Part shown: piece by piece, positions 12,548-25,907 of the stretch
Numbering within the stretch: the stretch's first letter is position 1
Layout: each line of letters opens with the position of its first letter
Source: Podarcis melisellensis
Taxonomy: Eukaryota
DNA: 64,000 bases
Assembly: GCA_964234715.1 (NCBI GenBank)
Contig: OZ174280.1
Direction: 5' to 3' (one strand)
Made by a program: the position numbers and the translations under genes
Notes under the pieces: model-generated
Databases searched by the model: none
What the model was told of the DNA's origin: nothing
Seen by the model: only the letters and a program-made list of their open reading frames with translations

Positions 12548-15214
12548 ATTTGCTGTGTGAGGAGTGGGACTTCTCTGGGCCCCCTAGAGATGTGAATGCC
12601 TGGGGGGGGAGCAGAAAAAAAGAGGAAACCCTGTTTCTGTGCCATTTTTTCTGGTTCCCTCCCACACACAGTTTTTTGTTTTTTTTTTTAATGGTGGGAA
12701 ATGCGAAAATGGGGACGGGACTCCAGACCTTGACAACCATAGGGTCCTTACAGCCTTTATCAGCATCTCCGGCTCTTTTGGAGATCCTATATCAGACAGC
12801 TCATACTTACCGTAAATGGTGGCGTGGAAGAGCTTGATCTGAATGGTTTTTGTGACTAGGTAATTGAAGGAAGAAGGGATCTTTCAAGGGTTCCTTAGGA
12901 AGAATTGACCATTTTTAGTTTAGCCATTAAGCACATCAAAGCTGCTGTGCAATTATTCTAACTCCCTGAATGTTTTTCATCATTCTCATGCAGTAGAAAG
13001 GGACAAGGCTTTCCTGTAACACTTTTGAAACTGAGGAGAGATGCTCCGTGGCCTTAGCTCCTACTAGCTAGCAAACCAAATATGGGGAAAGCAATGATGG
13101 GGATAGGTATGGGGAGCAGCTGCTGATGGTCATCTGGCCACATACAGTCAATATGTTGCCCACTCTGGTCTTTCGCAATAGCAAAGTTCACAAGCCTATT
13201 TACTTTTCAGCTATCCACTATAAGACTCATGTACTCCAAGTAGAAAACAGCCTAAGCTAATAATTTGGTTCCTTCAATTACTTCCAAAGTTGATAGGTCT
13301 ATTTTTAGGACCTCTGATGTACATTCTGAGTAAACATAGGATTGTGGTACATATGACTGAAAAATTTGTGGACAATGCATCAAGAACAAATGTTTGTACT
13401 TGTGCTATCTACACACTCCCATTTGCTCGGCACTCAGTGCATTCCCATTACTAGTTTGGGCAGTGGTGTACACATGATATTAGCCGCAGCCCAGCTATCC
13501 TGTATCCATTCTGTCATTTCTTATGAAATACGTACTGCATTTTGATGCATTCCCCCCTCCAAACCAGTTTTGATCTGAATTGAGAAAAAACACACAACCT
13601 AGTTGCATTTTAGCCTGGTTACAATTTCAAAGTCCATTCATTTTTAAAGAAAGGATTGGAGAAAGGCCAACATTAAATATCACAATCTCTGTTCTTGTCC
13701 ATAGTTGTTTAGATATTTCTGGCGACACATGTTCATCTTGGAACTTGTGCTTGAATAGCTGCTGAATGTGCACCTGACTGGCTGTATGCAAGTGTGTGGA
13801 ACTCATTTCCAGTCCCAGCTCAAAGGTTTGCACAGCGGCAGGAGACGGTGAGGGGAAAGAAACATCTGTTCAAAACCAAACACGGCCTCCTGTTAAATGG
13901 CCTAGAACGCTCCTGCTGGTGGGGTCCGGGGTGGGAAAGTGAACCAATACTGGGAATGTTATGTCTGGAGGAGCTGGATAGGGGGTGTATGTCCGTGGCA
14001 GGAGGGGGGCTCCCCCTATATCCTGAGAGCTGGTCACATCTGGGGAAGTCGTCTGGACCAAGTTGATGGCTCCCTCAGCTCACCTGGCTTTAATGACTCG
14101 TGATGCCGCAAGAAGTGGCCTTGTAATGGCCATTCCATGCTTGGCAAAGGAAAGGGGATGAAGGCAGCCTTGCTCAGATTTTTTTATTCCCATTAGGGAC
14201 CTGGCACTTTTGCGGTAGAGTTGCCTACAGCTGGACAACATGAATATATGCATCCCCTCATTTTTAAAAAAACAGATTCATGGAAGATCTGATAATTTAT
14301 TAACAATCTATTGTATGAATATTGCGTCCTGGATTGCTTCATCAATGGATTTTGGTTTGTTTGTATTCTAATTGCTCGTTTTTAAATATTTTTACATTAT
14401 GGCTCATTGCTCTCAGGATATTTTTATTTCACTAGATTGTGGGTGATTTTTGGTTAGGTATGTTTGGTCACCCTGACAGTATTCCACTTGAACGCTGCCC
14501 TAAGCCGGTATACTGTCATGAGGTGCCCTTTGAGTGGGCTGCAGCGTGCTCACAAGACAGTAGGCCTTGGAGTTTTTTGGCTATATTCTCTGCACCAAAG
14601 AGCCCCCACTTTCACAGACAGTCATCAACCTTCATCAACCTTCTCGGACATCAGACACACCTTCAACCCAAACTTACATTTTTTTGCCATGGTGGGAATG
14701 CTGTTTTAGTGACCCACTTATGACCAAGTATTGACTTGTCAGTTGGAGACCATTAGAGTATGTGGCTTTGAACCACAAGGTATCATATTCAAGTTTAACT
14801 AAACTTGCCAGATGTTAGAATCAAACCCGGACAGTAACTGGTGACCCATAAGGTTTTTGATGATCAAAATCCCAAATTGTTTGCATCAAATCATGACATC
14901 TAGCAAATCTGTCTAGTACAGGTTGGGGAACTCCCATTCAACCTTCTCTGCAGTTTAATACAGAAGAAAGCCCTATTTTGATTAACAGGGAATGAGTGGT
15001 TGTGATTGGATCACCATGCTAGAAAGTCTGTGACTGAACTAACTACTTGTTAAGAATGCCTAAGTTGTTTGTGATGCAGTTGCATCTAGCTTCTTTTATT
15101 TTATTCTTCTAGCTAACTGCTTCTTATTGCCTCCCCCTTGTAGGCTCAAAGGTTCCTTCTGGTACCAAGTCCTTTCCTCCACTCATGTGCTTTGACCTCT
15201 CAGTTTGTTCTAAA

Positions 15215-15880
15215 TTTGTATTTATTAAAACATTTCTCTCCTGCCTGTCCACTTGAAAACCCACAAGGCAGCAAGCAAAACTTCATTAAAACCTAGTACA
15301 AATTTTAAACAACATTAATATGCTACAAGAAAAAATCTGCAGCCATTCAGCAGAGCATCGAGCTATCAAAAGCAGTAAATAAGTGGCAGCAGAATACACA
15401 CAAGACACCAAAGGACCACTTGAAAAGGATCATCTTTGCCAACAGCCCAGACCATAACAGAGAAGGACTCATGCTTTGAGGAAGTTCTGCAGTGTGAGCA
15501 CCACTGCTGAAAAGGTTATATCCCATGTGCCCATCCACTAAATCTCTGATGAGAAGACACATAGGGTGGCATTCAACTTAACTCTTAAGTGGGGTATGTG
15601 TGTGTGGAACAAGGCCTGCTCATGCAATGAGACTTTCCCTTCTTTCCTCCCCCCTGTGCATGGCCCCCTCATGTCGACCAAACCTGTTCTGGGAGTTTAC
15701 ACAGTCATCCAGAGCAAATTTAGGGGATGTGGGTGGTGGGAAGTCCTGTTCTACGAAGAGACCTAGTTCCACGCATGCAGCAACTTACTTGAATCCCACC
15801 CGTAGAGCAGGGCCTCAATGGAAGATTTTAATGTGTAGGTAAGTTCATGAGGGATAAAGCAGTTGTTGAAGTATTCCAGG
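15215..15880 (-). mobile_element. L2 LINE 3' fragment interrupted by a MITE
   Basis: TTTGTATTTATTAAAACATTT tail and L2-like GTGTGAGCACCACTGCTGAAAAGG; resumes after 15801 with AGGGCCTC...GAAGATTTTAA...GTATTCCAGGCC. Confidence 0.6.
15564..15801. mobile_element. MITE, PIF/Harbinger-like
   Basis: Terminal inverted repeats GGGTGGCATTCAA / TTGAATCCCACCC; flanks ATA / GTA; nested in an L2. Confidence 0.55.
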
Positions 15881-15984
15881 CCACAGACCTGTTTGGCCAT
15901 TTATTTGACACATTTCTATACTACCTTTTGTCCCTATAAAGGACTCCAAATGCCCTTAACAATGGCTGAGGTCTAGCTCCAAGG

Positions 15985-16222
15985 GCCTTCTGCCAGTTCC
16001 CTTATTGCAAGAAGTTAAGTTACAGGGAACCAGGCAGAGGGCCTGCTCGGTAGTGGCACCCGCTGTGTAGAACGCCCTTTTGTCAGATGTCGAAGAGATA
16101 ATTATACGACCTTCCGTAGATATCTAAAGGCAGCCTTGTATTGGGTTGCTTTTACTGTGTTCTGTTCTGTTCTGTTGTTGTGTTTCTGTATATCAGATGG
16201 GCAGGGTAATAGTAATAATAAT
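15985..16222 (+). mobile_element. L2 LINE 3' fragment
   Basis: GGGAACCAGGCAGAGGGCC...GTAGTGGCACCC...TCAGATGTC...CTAAAGGCAGCC matches the minus-strand L2 at 42735-43101; ends in (TAA)n. Confidence 0.75.
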
Positions 16223-16239
16223 ATCACACACACACACAC

Positions 16240-16545
16240 ACACTGAAAAACAAAACCAAGTTTAAACAACCAAAACAGTTTTGGAAAAAAGTAGGATTAA
16301 AACATAGTAAAGGGTTGCTGGAATAAAAAAATACATTGATTTCATTTAACAACATGAAATAGGAGGCCAATCTATTCTCTCTTGAGAGTGAGTGCCACAA
16401 CCGGCATGCCAGCACTGAAAAGGCTCTGTCTCGCATCTCTCTAGCTTTTCCTATCTAGGTGGCTGAACATAACACAGGGCCTCCGAAGATGAACCCAGTT
16501 GAGAGGCTGCTTTAAGGAGGAAGAAGCGATCCTTCAGCTATTTTT
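16240..16545 (-). mobile_element. L2 LINE 3' fragment
   Basis: ORF track MRDRAFSVLACRLWHSLSRE matches the L2 C-terminal motif xRAFSVxAPxLWNSLP. Confidence 0.7.
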
Positions 16546-17713
16546 AGATTAAACAAATGGTCTTCTTCATTCTGTTGCTTGTTTTCAGTTCTTGATCATT
16601 CTTGCAACCCCCTCTCTTTTCATGCTGATTTTGCATACTAAAAGACAGGAAAATCTGGGTGGCCCCGACTTCACTACATGTGGGAAATGCAGGACATGGC
16701 AAGAGGGATGGACTTCTTTTCTTCTTGCTCTGTATAGAGTGTCACCTAAAGCTCATTGCCCAGTCCTGGGTTTTTCTGCAAAAAGTGACCTCTTTCAGAC
16801 AAAGGATTCAGCAGTTGTTTCTGGAGTATTCAGAGATGTCTGGGGTATTGGGGTACAGAAGAAACAATATAGCCAAAGGAAGTAGGGCACTAAATAGAAC
16901 TCCTGGTCTTTGACTGGCCTTTGTGTCCAAGTGGCACACTGTTAACTTTGCTGAGCATGTCACCTCTGTCATATGGCTGGAAGTCCCATTAGTCACTGGA
17001 TAATGGCATCTTTTGAGTCTAAGTGCATATTTTTAACCCAGCTTTCCTCATGACGTTAGCAATGTGGGGCTCTTTTGAGTTTGCACCTGCTTCTGGCTTC
17101 ATTGTTCCAAGGTGATGGGCCCTGGTTTTAAAGAGACCCAGCACCATTGCTTCAAGAAAAAAGGCTTTGCTGAAATGCAGTTGGATCAGGATTTGCATAT
17201 GTAGATACAGGGTAGAGCGGGGAAATGCTTTGCCCTTTGCCGGCTGGAGACTGTCCGAAACATCAGTGGGAAGCAGGAAAGTTCCCCTAGCAAGGGGCTC
17301 ATAAAGCTGCAGGTGTGGGGATGTTGTTATTTAGTCTGCCGCCATGGAATGCGACGGTTTCTTTTAGGCTTGAAGAGTGGTCTACAATAATTAGTCCATT
17401 ACGACTCTCTCACCCCAAGCGGAGTGGAGGGGGCAGCCCACCCTCAGACTTCTCTGAGTTTCACATCCTGAATTTTATGAACCCAAATTGTTGGGGGCAT
17501 GGTGTTGTGTGGGAGGGGGTTGAGGGGGTCAGATGCAGTCATCCCCCTCAATCACTCTGCATTTCCATGGCAACCGAATGCTATTCGGACACTTTGCATT
17601 TTGACCAATTTGTGAAAGTTTCCGAGGGAGTGAGCGCAAAGTGAGCTGTAGTTTCTTTACTGCGCTTGAACCGTCTCCACTGCTTGCCCATTTTATTACA
17701 CGCTTATCGCCTC

Positions 17714-17902
17714 NNNNNNNNNNNNNNNNNNNNNNNNNNNNNNNNNNNNNNNNNNNNNNNNNNNNNNNNNNNNNNNNNNNNNNNNNNNNNNNNNNNNNNN
17801 NNNNNNNNNNNNNNNNNNNNNNNNNNNNNNNNNNNNNNNNNNNNNNNNNNNNNNNNNNNNNNNNNNNNNNNNNNNNNNNNNNNNNNNNNNNNNNNNNNNN
17901 NN
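17714..17902. other. N run (189 nt), assembly gap or masked segment
   Basis: Directly visible. Confidence 1.
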
Positions 17903-20900
17903 TTAAGACACTAAGAGCCCAGGGCTTATCAGGGTGAGCAGAGAGCGCTTGTTGAGCTTTTGAAATGCAGAGAGGCTGTTATAAAACACACTGGGTGATT
18001 CTTTTTTTTTTTTTAGCCAATGAAAAAAAAGTGGAGAAAGAAAGAAAATGGAAGGGAGGGAAAAAAGTGTCATCCATTTATCAGGGTTTTCCAGGACTGA
18101 TAAGCAGAATTCTTCTGTGTGCGTTTCGCTGGAAATACGAGAAGCATTAAAAAAATTTCACAAGCTGTCTGGGAACAAGGAACAAAATCTTTATTGAAAG
18201 GATGTAGCAATCATTTTACTGCCGTCTATCTCCTGGGAAAAAGGCTGTAACCAGCAGCTCCCCTACTGGTCACCAACTCGTATCATTGGGATCTTTAGGC
18301 ATGGCAGCCCAGATCAGTCTTGCTGGGTGTCCCTTTGCTCCTGCTGGAAACTTCAGGACATGTATGTTGGTAAGTTCTTCAGAACTACAGGATCCTGAGA
18401 GCACTTCTGATGCTGGAACCTTGTTGCCTGTTGAGATTGGTAACTTTTTCACAATACCCAAGGGGCATGTAGAAAACATTCCATTGCACACAAGCTGTGG
18501 GGCTGGTCTTCATTGGCTTGAAGCATCTGTTTTACACAGACACCTTCTTTTCATTTAAATAATTTTCATAATGATGATTGTGCCTGTTTACTTACTGTCC
18601 CTGCTTTAGTTTGCCTGTCGGCATCTAAGAATAAAACTACTTTGGTCTTAAAGCCAAATTGAACAGATCTAAGTTGGCTAATGGCCAATCCTAGTCCACA
18701 GGTGAAAGTTATGAAAGCATGAAGAACTAACATTGCTGAGTGGAGGATGCTTCTGCCTCTTTTCTAGGTAGATAAGGGCTGAGTCATGTTAAGAACTAGG
18801 ACATTCTCCTTGTATGTGCATCACTTGCTCCTTTTAGCTCAAAAGTAGAGAAGGAGGTAGATGAGCCAGGGTCGCCCTTTGCACTCACCATTGTGATGCT
18901 AAGAAGCTGTGGAGTTCGTAAACATTCCCCCCTCCTTTTGCAGTTCTCCTGGGGAGGGGGCAGTTCACTCCCTGCTGGCAGCAGAATGGATATCATGGCC
19001 CTTATTATGGAGTTAGACAGGCAGAGCCCAACCGCAGAGAGCTGTCAGTCCCACTTCTTGGTGACAAAAACAAGCCATAAATAAGCAAATGCTTCACAGC
19101 AAGGGAGCCTGTATATGTGTGTGTGTATGTTGAAGAAAGGGGAGAGAGAGAAAGAGAGAGAATAAAAGAGTGTGTCTGTGTGACAGTATTTTTATTCTGT
19201 GTATTTGTGCCTGTACAGAAAAAGTACCTGCTGTGTGTGTTTTGGTGCTTTGACTGTGTATGTGTGTTGTGCTTGTATATATGTGCACATGTGTATGTAC
19301 TTAAGTGTGTTTCTGTAGCTACATGCAAGCAATAATTTTGTAGATTTTTTTGCATTAGTGGAGATCCAAGAGTACCTTATTTGTATAGGTGCAAATTAGT
19401 TTCTGTCTTGTGGCACTGAGGGCAACTATATAGCTAGGGATGCTTATATGCAAATATTAAAAGGCCACACTGTGTTATATTTACAAGAGACTTGCATTTA
19501 TTCATACACTGTGTATTTCAGCTTTTTGTACAGCATTTTGTGACTGTACCAGAAATGTTTGTGTACCTTGTGTGCAGCTATGCTTTGAATGGTGAGCATG
19601 AGACAGCATAGACATTTTTGCTGCCTGATACAAACATTTAAATTGTGTGAACTGTGTAACCTACAGAATATTGCAGTTCACTTCCTTTAAGCAGGATGCA
19701 CAGAAATTTACTGATTTCAGGCTCATCCACACTTCCTTTTGTGCTGCGTTTTCTAGGCACAGGTCCTTAATTTCTATGTCTGTGCCTGAACACTGCTTTC
19801 CCTGGGAAAATCTGCTGTTTAGCACTGAATCAGAACAAATGACAATCAGTGGTAAACAACAGGTTTTCCCAGGGAAAGTGGTGGGACAATACAAAAAACC
19901 TGCTTGGACGCTGACCTAGAAATGCCAGACCTGTGCCTAGGAAGTATGGCGCAAAAGAAAGTGTGGCTAGAGCCCTTCATGATGCATCCTGAATACTAAA
20001 GCTGATCTTCAGAGTTTCATGGATCTCTTCCTCCACCATTACTACTCACGTAAGTAAACTACATAGCTGAAGCTTACATCACATGGCAAAGGAAATGTCA
20101 ATTGCAACAAGAGAAGGGGGACACAATATGGCATTGCCTTTGCGGGTAAGGAGGTAGGAGAAAAACAAGATAACACTGGAAGGGTCACAATATAGCACAG
20201 TTGCTTTGTGTTCTCTTGTCATGCCACACTTGTCCCCATAGCAGGAAGTGTAATTTGGGTTCCATATGCTTCTACTAGAGTCTGGAACAGTGGACATCAG
20301 TGCTACAACCTGCCGAGTGTCTCCTCACTTGCATCCCCCTCTCCACTAGCCATGCTATAAGCTTTTGGTTGAACCAATGCCAGTGCCAGCAGCTCCTTGC
20401 ATGCTGAGTAAAGATGACTGGCGGACTTGAGTTCAAGGGAGGGAGAGGGAAGGAAGCTCTCCCTCCTCTGAGGTGAGAGGCTTCAAGAAGATGTTGAGGG
20501 AGATCAGAAAGTGAGATAAAAGGTTAATATGAAGCAGTAACAACAATTATTGTTTTTATTATAATGGTGGAGGATAAAGAGAAGAAAGCTGTTATAGAAG
20601 GAAGAAGTTAAGAAATTGCTAGCTGATTATGCCAAGCTCTGCGTCCATCTGCCACCATTTTGAGACTATCTGTGCCCCTGCACCACCATTTTGTAACTGA
20701 TAGGCCTCAGTAATTTTAAGGGAACCCTGGGGCTTTGGAGTTTTTTAATTGTGTATTAGAGGAAATAGCTACAGAGACCTTAAGGCCTTAGGTCTTCAAG
20801 AAGTAGTTTCTTATGAATCAAAGAAGATGATATTTGTTGAATTTTACACTTAAAAGTACTTCCTTTACTTTTACTGTGAATCTGTTTCGTGCTGTTCTAA

Positions 20901-22064
20901 ACAGCATATGAATAGAATAGGATCAGAAGGAGATCCTGAACAAATGATTACTCCCCCTAGACAGCATCTAGAGAATTGCAGGAGAGATGAGTAAGTGCAC
21001 CTCTGCCCACTGGAGGAGCAAAGAAGGCGTTTATACCCAAGGACCAATAGATTTCAGGTCCCTAATGTCCAAATCCTTATGATTTACCTTCTGGAATATT
21101 TCCAGCACTCTACAAAGTATTGGCCCTAAAAAGAAACAGTGATGCAATGAGGACACCCTCATTCTTTGTCATTCCATTTGTTGGAGTAGAGATGCTTTAA
21201 GCCAGGTCATCACCCAGTACCAAAATTTGAATAGTAGGGGTTTTACAGATCCTGAGTTAGGTGTGTGTGTAACGTCATCTGAAGCTTGTTTTTTCTGTTT
21301 CACCCTAGACTGGAACTGGGGAGGAGGAGGAACTGTAGAAAGGGCCCTTTTCTTATGTCTGGAGTTAGTTCACTGGAAGTAAATAGCAGGTGTGTAAGAT
21401 GAAATGCAAGTCTTTGTGAAAGATGAACAGTCAGAAAGTAAGGCTGAGGTCTTAAATATCCAGATCCTACCTCTCTGCTGGTTGGTCTTCGTGTCCCTTC
21501 ACATTCAATGCCTCTATTTTCTACTTGTAGTTAACACCCGTCCCTACACACACACACAAGGGAATTCTATCCATGCAAAGGTTTTATATCACCCGCCAGC
21601 ATTGAATCCAAGTGGATTAATTAATTCATGTCTGTAAAAAGCTTGTTAAGTGCTGTAGCGATGATTATATTGTGGAGTGCCTAACAACAACACCCCCTTC
21701 CGGATTCCCAATTTGACTCTAAAACTGGAGTAAAGAAGATAGACAGCCAAATAGGGGCCATACTAGGAGGGCTTTAAACTTTGTTGCTCTGTCTAGGCTG
21801 AAGTTTGTGCTTCTTTTCTCTCTCCTTTTTTTGTGTATTTTGTTTGGGTTAGCGTGGTTGTGTTCCTCCCCTCCCGGCAGCTGCTCAGGATGCAATATTT
21901 CCCCCTCACGCACTCTCTCCCTTATGAAATGGCGTGTCGGTAAGTGCTACTTAAGAAAACACATGTTCTCCCCCTTGAAAGCAGCCCCCCCTCCTCACAC
22001 CAACACCTTTCTTTATTCGACCCAAACCTCACCGAAGGGAATTCGCAACAACTGCGGTGATAAA

Positions 22065-22236
22065 NNNNNNNNNNNNNNNNNNNNNNNNNNNNNNNNNNNN
22101 NNNNNNNNNNNNNNNNNNNNNNNNNNNNNNNNNNNNNNNNNNNNNNNNNNNNNNNNNNNNNNNNNNNNNNNNNNNNNNNNNNNNNNNNNNNNNNNNNNNN
22201 NNNNNNNNNNNNNNNNNNNNNNNNNNNNNNNNNNNN
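22065..22236. other. N run (172 nt), assembly gap or masked segment
   Basis: Directly visible. Confidence 1.
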
Positions 22237-23706
22237 CCTCGTCCGCCTGCTCGCTCTTCCCCTCCGCCCTGCTTGCATTCCCATTTGCACTGAGTAATTA
22301 GTATGCAAATTAGAGCCCAGGACCACACAAGTTCTAGTATATTACAAGGGCTTTATTATACTCTTGTGAGTGTATGATGGAAATGGCCCATGGCAGTGTT
22401 TATCTCACTACCTCTCTCTCTCTCTGTCTGTGTCTCTCTCGCTTTCATCCATACCTAACATTGGCCAAGAATAAACACACATTGCTCTGGGCCCGTCACG
22501 TTATGGGTCCCTGAAGAACTCACCAGCTTGGCTTTGCCCCAGCAATGGGATCTTCTGTCTGGAAATGCCATATCAATGATGTTCATGATAATAATGTTGA
22601 TGTTGGTGGCTGTGATGATGATGGTGGAATGGTGGTGGATATAGCCCTTCAAGCTCACTCAGCTTCCCTCGGCAGCGTTAATAACAGGAAGACTGGGGAA
22701 ATATTTTTCTGAGGCAAACACTACTCTTTCTGTTTAGTTTGCTGCAACCACTTGACCACTCTCTATGCTGAGCCACTCTCCATACATGCTCTCTTGTCCC
22801 ATTCTGAAATTGCTGCAGGTTTCCTGTTAATCTGGGTCAAGAACCTTTCTCTGTGAAAGCAAGGTTTTATTCTTTGGATCTCTTGTGTGAGATCCAAGGT
22901 ACTGAGGGAGCAGAATGGCTGTACCTTTCTTGCTATTGGCACTGTGCTCCTCTCTGTACCGATTGTCTTTGCTTCCTTGTTCGAAGAACAAGTGCAAATA
23001 TAGCAACACAACTTTTGTGTTAGCTTGCCAAGTGTGTCAGTCAGGCGGCAGAAGCAGGCTGGGTAAATCTGGTTTATATGGGGAAAGCTTCTGAAGAGAC
23101 CTGATTTCAGATGCCAGTAAGATGAAGCTCATGTATTGATCAAAGGCATTGGACTGATATGGAAGGATCCATTTGATAGAGCATAAAAATAAGAGAGGAT
23201 TGGCAGTGGGGCTGTCTTCTGGGTATAACTGATGGACTACCTTCTCAAGAGTCATTTTCACATTCAAGGCCAAGAGGGCCTTGAAAAATTGCAGGGGCAC
23301 CAGGTTTTCTGGTTTTGGTCAAATGTGCCCCCTTTTAGCCATGTAATTCATGATCCTAAAGAGCTAATCCAGCAAGAGGGCTTTGGCCTGGCCTAGAGAA
23401 ACCACTCTGCCTTACATCTTGTGGAGTGGTGTCTAAATGTACAAATATTCTTTGAGCTTTTATTCAGTCCATGCAAACGTATTGTTCAGTGTGCTGTGCT
23501 GTTATTCAGCGGTATTACCAGCATTTCATTGTGTACACACATCCCAAATTACAGCAGCACCAAAAATATTACCATAATATAATTTCTCATGTCCTAGTAA
23601 ACCAAAATCTGGGCTTACATGGGAGCACTCAGACTACTGTTTTAAGATAGATATATTCCACCCCAGCTAGCTAATTATTAATAATTTGGCACAAATTATT
23701 GAATAT

Positions 23707-23927
23707 AGGGTTGCTGTATTTCCAAAAGTGAAAATCCAGACAAAGTTTTTGACTTTTTTGGGGACGGGAACATTCCCCCCCACAAAAAATTGGACTTTTT
23801 TATTTTTAAGGCATTTTTCTTTAAAAATTGCCCTAATTGCCATATGTCCCCAGACATTTTGCTGATTCTGTGAAAATTCACCCAGACACCATTTTGACGG
23901 TCTGATTCCTGCACGTATGGTAGCCCT
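23707..23927. mobile_element. hAT (Blackjack-like) MITE
   Basis: Termini AGGGTTGC...GTAGCCCT; 8-bp TSD TTGAATAT / ATGAATAT (7/8). Confidence 0.75.
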
Positions 23928-24559
23928 ATGAATATAAACTGCAAAAAAAGTTTAAAACAAACAAACAAACACCCACCCTTCAATGCTGAGGAGGAATAAA
24001 AGCTTTGGGTGGTATTCAATTATTGTGTTTCATCAGCAAAAGGATTCCTGCTTCCACGATGGGGTTTTGAACCCGGGGCCCTACCCAAATCTGCTCCATG
24101 TGTTTGGAAACCTCAGAACAGAATTAAGGCACATGCACAGGGAGGAGAGGGAGAGAATGTTCTGTTGCATAAGCAAAAAAAAATCTATGGTGTAGCACTG
24201 CATTGGACATAACGATTCTGGTGTATGTAGTTTGCCCTTGTAGGAGAGCATCTGCAGGTATGTTTTGTCATCTAGAATAACCCGCTTTTGCTGAGTGGGT
24301 TGTCCATGCCGGTAAGATGACAACAGAGGGCAATTTGCATAGGGGCAGATTGTTCACCTAGAGAATAAATATCAGCAGAGATGTTGCCATGTCTCTTAGC
24401 TGTGTACTTCTACAACAGAGCTTTGAAGGTCTTTGAGATCTAGTAAAGAACACGGAAGAGCCACAAGTCCCCAGGAAAAATGAAAAAACAAAAACAAAAA
24501 ACCTTGACTGCATTAATACTTAGCATAAAATACATGGAGGGAGGGGTAGAATCTGTATA

Positions 24560-24960
24560 GCCGGCAGTTTTTGCAAAGCGCTGAAGTACGCCACACATCA
24601 CCCTCTGACAGGCCCTGATGTTAGCTCCCAGAATGGATCACAGGAGACTCATTAGAAAAAACAAATATTATCGCACGCTGTGGTGATTTATGGGAAAAAA
24701 TGAAAAATTTTGTGTTGTTGCGTCCTCGCTTTCCTCTGCCTTCATGCAGGAAGGTTATTTATGGCACCGGGCCCTTAGCAAGAAACAGTGAAGCTGTTGC
24801 TGCTACAAACTGCTTGGGTTTGATTTTTATTAGCAACTTAAATTTTTCTTGGCCCAACCCCTTGCCCCTGTTGTTATTAAATTGGTCTCCTTTGAACATA
24901 ACATTAAATTTGATCTTTTTGCTAGCACCCAGTGTCATGTAGCAGATTGGGGAGGAGCAA
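24560..24960. promoter_or_regulatory. Putative conserved enhancer with PBX-HOX and MEIS motifs
   Basis: TGACAG at 24606-24611, TGATTTATGG at 24684-24693, TTTATGG near 24757, several ATTA cores and retained CpGs; conservation not verified. Confidence 0.45.
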
Positions 24961-25303
24961 TGAAAGGAATTGCTAGAAAATGTTTGTTTCCTCTCATTTG
25001 TGTAGCACCATTTTAATTCAGAAATGCAAGCATACAGTTATTGTCAGAGGAGCAACTATAACAATATTTTCAGTTCCAGACTATTGTTTTCCACATCAGT
25101 TAGAATTAGCCTGTTGCACTTGAAGCAGCAGTTTGAATTCTACATAGCTATAGAAACATGACTTCAGGCTTGCAGGATCTACTTGGTTTCTTACAAGAAC
25201 TCAGAGATCCACCAACTAGAGGCAGATGCAAAATGCTAGCCAGAATGGAAGGTGTTGGTTTTTCCAACAGAAGGTGTGGCAGCGAAGAGCCAGTTATCTA
25301 TTG

Positions 25304-25907
25304 CAGAGGTTTTCAACCTTTTCGAGCCCATGGCTCCTTTGACCAACTACATTCTTTCCGTGGCACCCCTGTGGGGCTCAGGAGCCCAGTTATGTCACCC
25401 CTTGCCTGCAGAGCTAGGATCCTCTTACCCTTTTTTGGGCACCCTCCCTTAGGAGTGTCCCTCAGCCTCCTCTCCTTCCTCTTTGGGAATCCATTGGGCA
25501 GCTGCTGCTGCCACCCCTGGTCTCTGAGCTCTGCCCCCCCCTCAAAGAGAGGTGTTTCCTCACGCTGCCACACAGGGGCCTGAGACCTGTATGTCCATTC
25601 CCAACAGCAAGGGCTGGTGGACTGGCTGTCTAGGTTTCCTTGCCTGTTTGCTTGCATACTCCAAGGCTGCCGCAGCTCCTGGCAGCCAGCACTCCCAGGG
25701 TAGCCCCTAAAGCACCATTCACCTGTGGAGCTTGTAGCCAGGGCTGCTGCAGCAAACAGCTGTGCAAGCATTTGGGAGGCAAAGATGCAAGAGGGCATCA
25801 GAGGCGGGAGGGAAGGAAAGAGGGACAGAGGCCAGTGTTGCCCAGGCACCCCTGACCACCATTCAAGGCACCCCAGGGTGCCACAACAAGCTGGTTGAAA
25901 ACCACTG
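25304..25907. mobile_element. Non-autonomous hAT DNA transposon (604 bp)
   Basis: TIRs CAGAGGTTTTCAACC / GGTTGAAAACCACTG; perfect 8-bp TSD ATCTATTG at 25296-25303 and 25908-25915. Confidence 0.92.

Noticed and set aside
17641-17937. ORFs spanning N runs (also 21807-22328 and 56262-56639)
   Set aside because: Open only because N codons contain no stops.
19100-19325. TG-rich region with ORFs on both strands
   Set aside because: Degenerate (TG)/(AG) low-complexity sequence.
20590-20942. Possible LTR (TGTTA...GAACA) with duplicated CCACCATTTTG and palindrome AGACCTTAAGGCCTTAGGTCT
   Set aside because: No TSD, no clear poly(A) signal and no second copy in the window; insufficient support.
25158-25855. 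Overlapping 141-178 aa ORFs
   Set aside because: They lie mostly within the GC-rich non-autonomous hAT element; no transposase motifs.
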